A DNA stretch of 64,000 nt, taken from Podarcis vaucheri (Eukaryota). The translations under genes were made by a program, and so were the position numbers. The notes beneath the pieces were generated by a model. That model saw only the letters and a list, made by a program, of their open reading frames with translations, searched no databases and had not been told where the DNA came from. Every line of letters starts with the position of its first letter. Position 1 is the stretch's first letter. The stretch lies in the NCBI GenBank assembly GCA_965113315.1, contig OZ220364.1. One strand, 5' to 3'. Shown in pieces: positions 63,525 to 64,000 of this stretch.

Positions 63525-64000
63525 AATAAAAAAATTGTCTAGTAGTACTTTATAGACCAACTAAGTTTGTTCTTGGTATGAGCTTTCATGTGCACGCACT
63601 GATACACTGAAACAGAAGTCACCAGACCTTTATATATAGTGAGAGGATGGGGAGGGTTATTACTCAGAAGGGTGGTGGGAATGGGTGATTGGCTGACAGG
63701 GGTGGTAAACCTGTTGATGACTGTTAATGACTGCAATTGGTCTTACAGGAAAAAGCAAGGGGTGAGATGGCCAAAAACAGCTTTATCATGTATAATGAGA
63801 TAAGAATCCAATATCTCTATTCAGACCAGGTTTCTCCATGGTTTTAAGTTTGGTAATAAGTTGTAATTCAGCAACTGCTCTTTTCAGTCTATTTCTGAAA
63901 TTCTTTTTTTTTTTAATATGACAGCTACTTTGAGATCTTGTATAGAATGTCCTGGGAGACTGAAGTGTTCTCCTACTGGTTTGTCTGTCTTGTGTCCTTA
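63525..64000 (-). mobile_element. Penelope-like element, 3' part (GIY-YIG endonuclease C-terminus and pseudo-LTR); runs off the window edge
   Basis: Hand translation KPVGEHFSLPGHSIQDLKVAVIL/NFRNRLKRAVAELQLITKLKTMEKPGLNRDIGFLSHYT* (63997-63786) with a frameshift at an A-run. Confidence 0.88.

Overview
Vertebrate genomic DNA from a squamate reptile, probably a lacertid lizard judging from the SINE subtypes (inference). The window lies entirely inside the GABA-A receptor beta-2 gene (GABRB2) on the minus strand. Five internal coding exons (221, 83, 138, 153 and 245 nt) have GT-AG boundaries and splice into one continuous frame, from the ligand-binding domain through TM1-TM3. The introns are rich in transposons. 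Two very young insertions stand out, both antisense to the gene: a complete Ty3/Gypsy (Mag-like) LTR retrotransposon at 23862-28811 (identical 369-bp LTRs, TAGGC target duplication, tRNA-Ser primer site, one intact 1358-aa gag-pol ORF with an FFDD RT motif) and a 5'-truncated L2 LINE with an unbroken RT frame at about 13245-15641. Also present are L2, CR1, L1, RTE-X-like and Penelope fragments, Sauria/Squam SINEs, hAT-like MITEs and microsatellites. I found no CRISPR array, rRNA or true tRNA gene, and no clearly new gene system. The most novel-looking signals are the intact Gypsy element, a 3' RNA structure shared across L2 families and a SINE, and a nested 38-bp hairpin.
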